DNA of 32,000 nt, from NCBI GenBank assembly GCA_051867615.1, contig JBJDYU010000055.1, positions 1-32,000 on the forward strand. The letters run 5' to 3'. The position numbers were made by a program, and so were the translations under genes. This DNA is from Oscillospiraceae bacterium (GTDB lineage Bacteria; Bacillota; Clostridia; Oscillospirales; Oscillospiraceae). Of this stretch, positions 31,116 to 32,000 are shown piece by piece (position 1 is the stretch's first letter; each line of letters starts with the position of its first letter). The notes below the pieces were generated by a model. It saw only the letters and a program-made list of their open reading frames with translations, was not told the origin of the DNA and did not search any database.

Positions 31116-31752
31116 TGCCCCGTTCCTCGCTGTTCCAGCTGAACTGTTCGCCGCAGAGGCTGACGAAGACCAGCTGGGTGGTGCCGATGGTGATGCGGTC
31201 ATAATTGTGCAGCTGCGTGCTTCCGCCGATGACAGGCATATTGTTCACCAGCAGCACGTTTTTGCCCAGCTCATGGGCGATATAGAACTGGCGGGTCTGG
31301 GGGACGTAGGTGACGTTGGCATCCTTCTCCGCAGAAATGGTGCTGTCGCCCCGGATGCAGATATCGCCCGCCTCCCGACCGATGTAGTTGTAGCCGGTGT
31401 GGATGCGGTAATCCGTGCCGCGGCAGGGGCCTTCCACCGCCACCAGCCAGCCTACCACCGGCGCGGGAGCGCCCGCGGGCGTGGAGCTGTCCACGAACTG
31501 GGTCTTGCCCATGCGCTCAGACGCGCCGCTGCCCGGATTGGGGGCGATGGTGGAATTGAAATTGCCATACCCGCCGGGCGCGGCGGCCCCGTCCAGCTCC
31601 GCCGTGGCGCCGCAGGAAGCGGCGCCCCCGGCAAAGGGGTCCACGGTGGGCGAGAAGCTGCCTGAGCCGCAATAGGGACAGCTGGCATAGCGGTTAGCGT
31701 CGTAGTAGTGGCCCTGGGGGCAGCTGATGATCTTCTGACGGATTTCTGCCAT
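31108..31752 (-). CDS. Zinc-ribbon protein with C-terminal FHA-like domain
   Basis: N-terminus MAEIRQKIISCPQGHYYDANRYASCPYCG, then a Gly/Ala/Pro-rich linker. The C-terminal ~100 aa have an FHA-like pattern (GWLVAVEGPCRGTDYRIHTGYNYIGREAGDICIRGDSTIS...LLVNNMPV...ITIGTTQLVF), but the canonical S-R-H is replaced. GAGGAGG precedes the ATG. Confidence 0.75.
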   Translation of the reverse strand: MAEIRQKIISCPQGHYYDANRYASCPYCGSGSFSPTVDPFAGGAASCGATAELDGAAAPGGYGNFNSTIAPNPGSGASERMGKTQFVDSSTPAGAPAPVVGWLVAVEGPCRGTDYRIHTGYNYIGREAGDICIRGDSTISAEKDANVTYVPQTRQFYIAHELGKNVLLVNNMPVIGGSTQLHNYDRITIGTTQLVFVSLCGEQFSWNSEERGNA

Positions 31753-31790
31753 GATGATTTCCTCCTCAATGAATCGTTATGTTTTTTTGT

Positions 31791-32000
31791 TTACGCGCCA
31801 AAAATCTCGATTTGAAACAGGTTATTGGAACTGCCCAGATAGAAGCGGGTACCGGAGACCACCCGCTCGGGATAATTGGGGGGCAGCTGCCGGCCATTGT
31901 CCAGGAATGTGCCGTAGCGGGAGCCCAGATCCACCAGCACCGGAATGTCCCGCTCCCAGCGAAGGCAGCAATGCCGGCTGCTGATCCCCGGCGTCCCATC
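31791..32000 (-). CDS. FHA domain protein, C-terminal 69 codons only (gene continues beyond the window)
   Basis: This frame is not in the supplied ORF track because it has no in-window start. The reverse-strand frame ending at TAA (31793-31791) reads DGTPGISSRHCCLRWERDIPVLVDLGSRYGTFLDNGRQLPPNYPERVVSGTRFYLGSSNNLFQIEIFGA, which carries the canonical FHA core S-R-H ... DLGS-x-x-GT. Confidence 0.8.
   Translation of the reverse strand, partial: DGTPGISSRHCCLRWERDIPVLVDLGSRYGTFLDNGRQLPPNYPERVVSGTRFYLGSSNNLFQIEIFGA

Noticed and set aside
31766-31999. Track ORF 31766..31999 (-), 77 aa
   Set aside because: It is in the wrong frame. A different minus-strand frame over the same bases, ending at the TAA at 31791, gives a canonical FHA C-terminus (SRHCCLRW...DLGSRYGTF). 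The track ORF translation (MGRRGSAAGIAAFAGSG...) has no features.
1-32000. Scan for CRISPR arrays, tRNA/rRNA genes, transposases, integrases, phage genes, toxin-antitoxin pairs and recognisable defence-system enzymes
   Set aside because: I saw no regularly spaced direct repeats, no cloverleaf-like or rRNA-like sequence, and no DDE, tyrosine-recombinase, nuclease or methylase motifs in any frame. The window looks like core or accessory metabolic and signalling chromosome rather than a mobile island.

Overview
GC-rich, Clostridia-like chromosomal segment. The taxon is inferred from GGAGG ribosome-binding sites, Gram-positive lipoprotein signals and the protein types. It is almost fully coding; I saw no rRNA, tRNA, CRISPR array, transposase or integrase. 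Left to right: (1) NitT/TauT-type ABC importer on the minus strand, permease-ATPase-lipoprotein SBP (83-3197). (2) Divergent operon of ECF sigma, anti-sigma, FtsX-type ABC exporter and a small DUF4418-like membrane protein (3502-7000). (3) A 5'-truncated polysaccharide-deacetylase remnant (7321-7572). (4) An ~8 kb minus-strand unit (7670-15578): a double-cubane / 2-hydroxyacyl-CoA-dehydratase-family protein, an OppABCDF-type peptide importer, and a PatB/MalY-type C-S lyase broken by a 1-nt homopolymer frameshift. (5) An HdeD-like membrane protein plus a GH3 glycosidase that is also frameshifted (16015-18313). (6) A TetR regulator, then convergent small-membrane-protein / TetR / Zn-dehydrogenase genes (18488-21259). 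(7) A decayed paralogue of the double-cubane protein (21483-21829). (8) An orphan 370-aa protein with a consensus promoter (22211-23323). (9) The most interesting part is a tightly packed minus-strand operon running from 23376 past the window edge at 32000. It encodes an FHA protein (partial), a zinc-ribbon-FHA protein, a membrane-anchored PP2C, a soluble PP2C, a secreted S1 protease fused through one TM helix to a cytoplasmic FHA domain, a tail-anchored zinc-ribbon Ser/Thr kinase, and a 1135-aa zinc-ribbon Ser/Thr kinase with a ~730-aa repetitive beta-helix-like ectodomain instead of PASTA repeats. Many long ORFs in the supplied track are antisense shadow ORFs typical of high-GC DNA and were not called. 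All family names come from motifs read by eye in the translations; no database search was possible.
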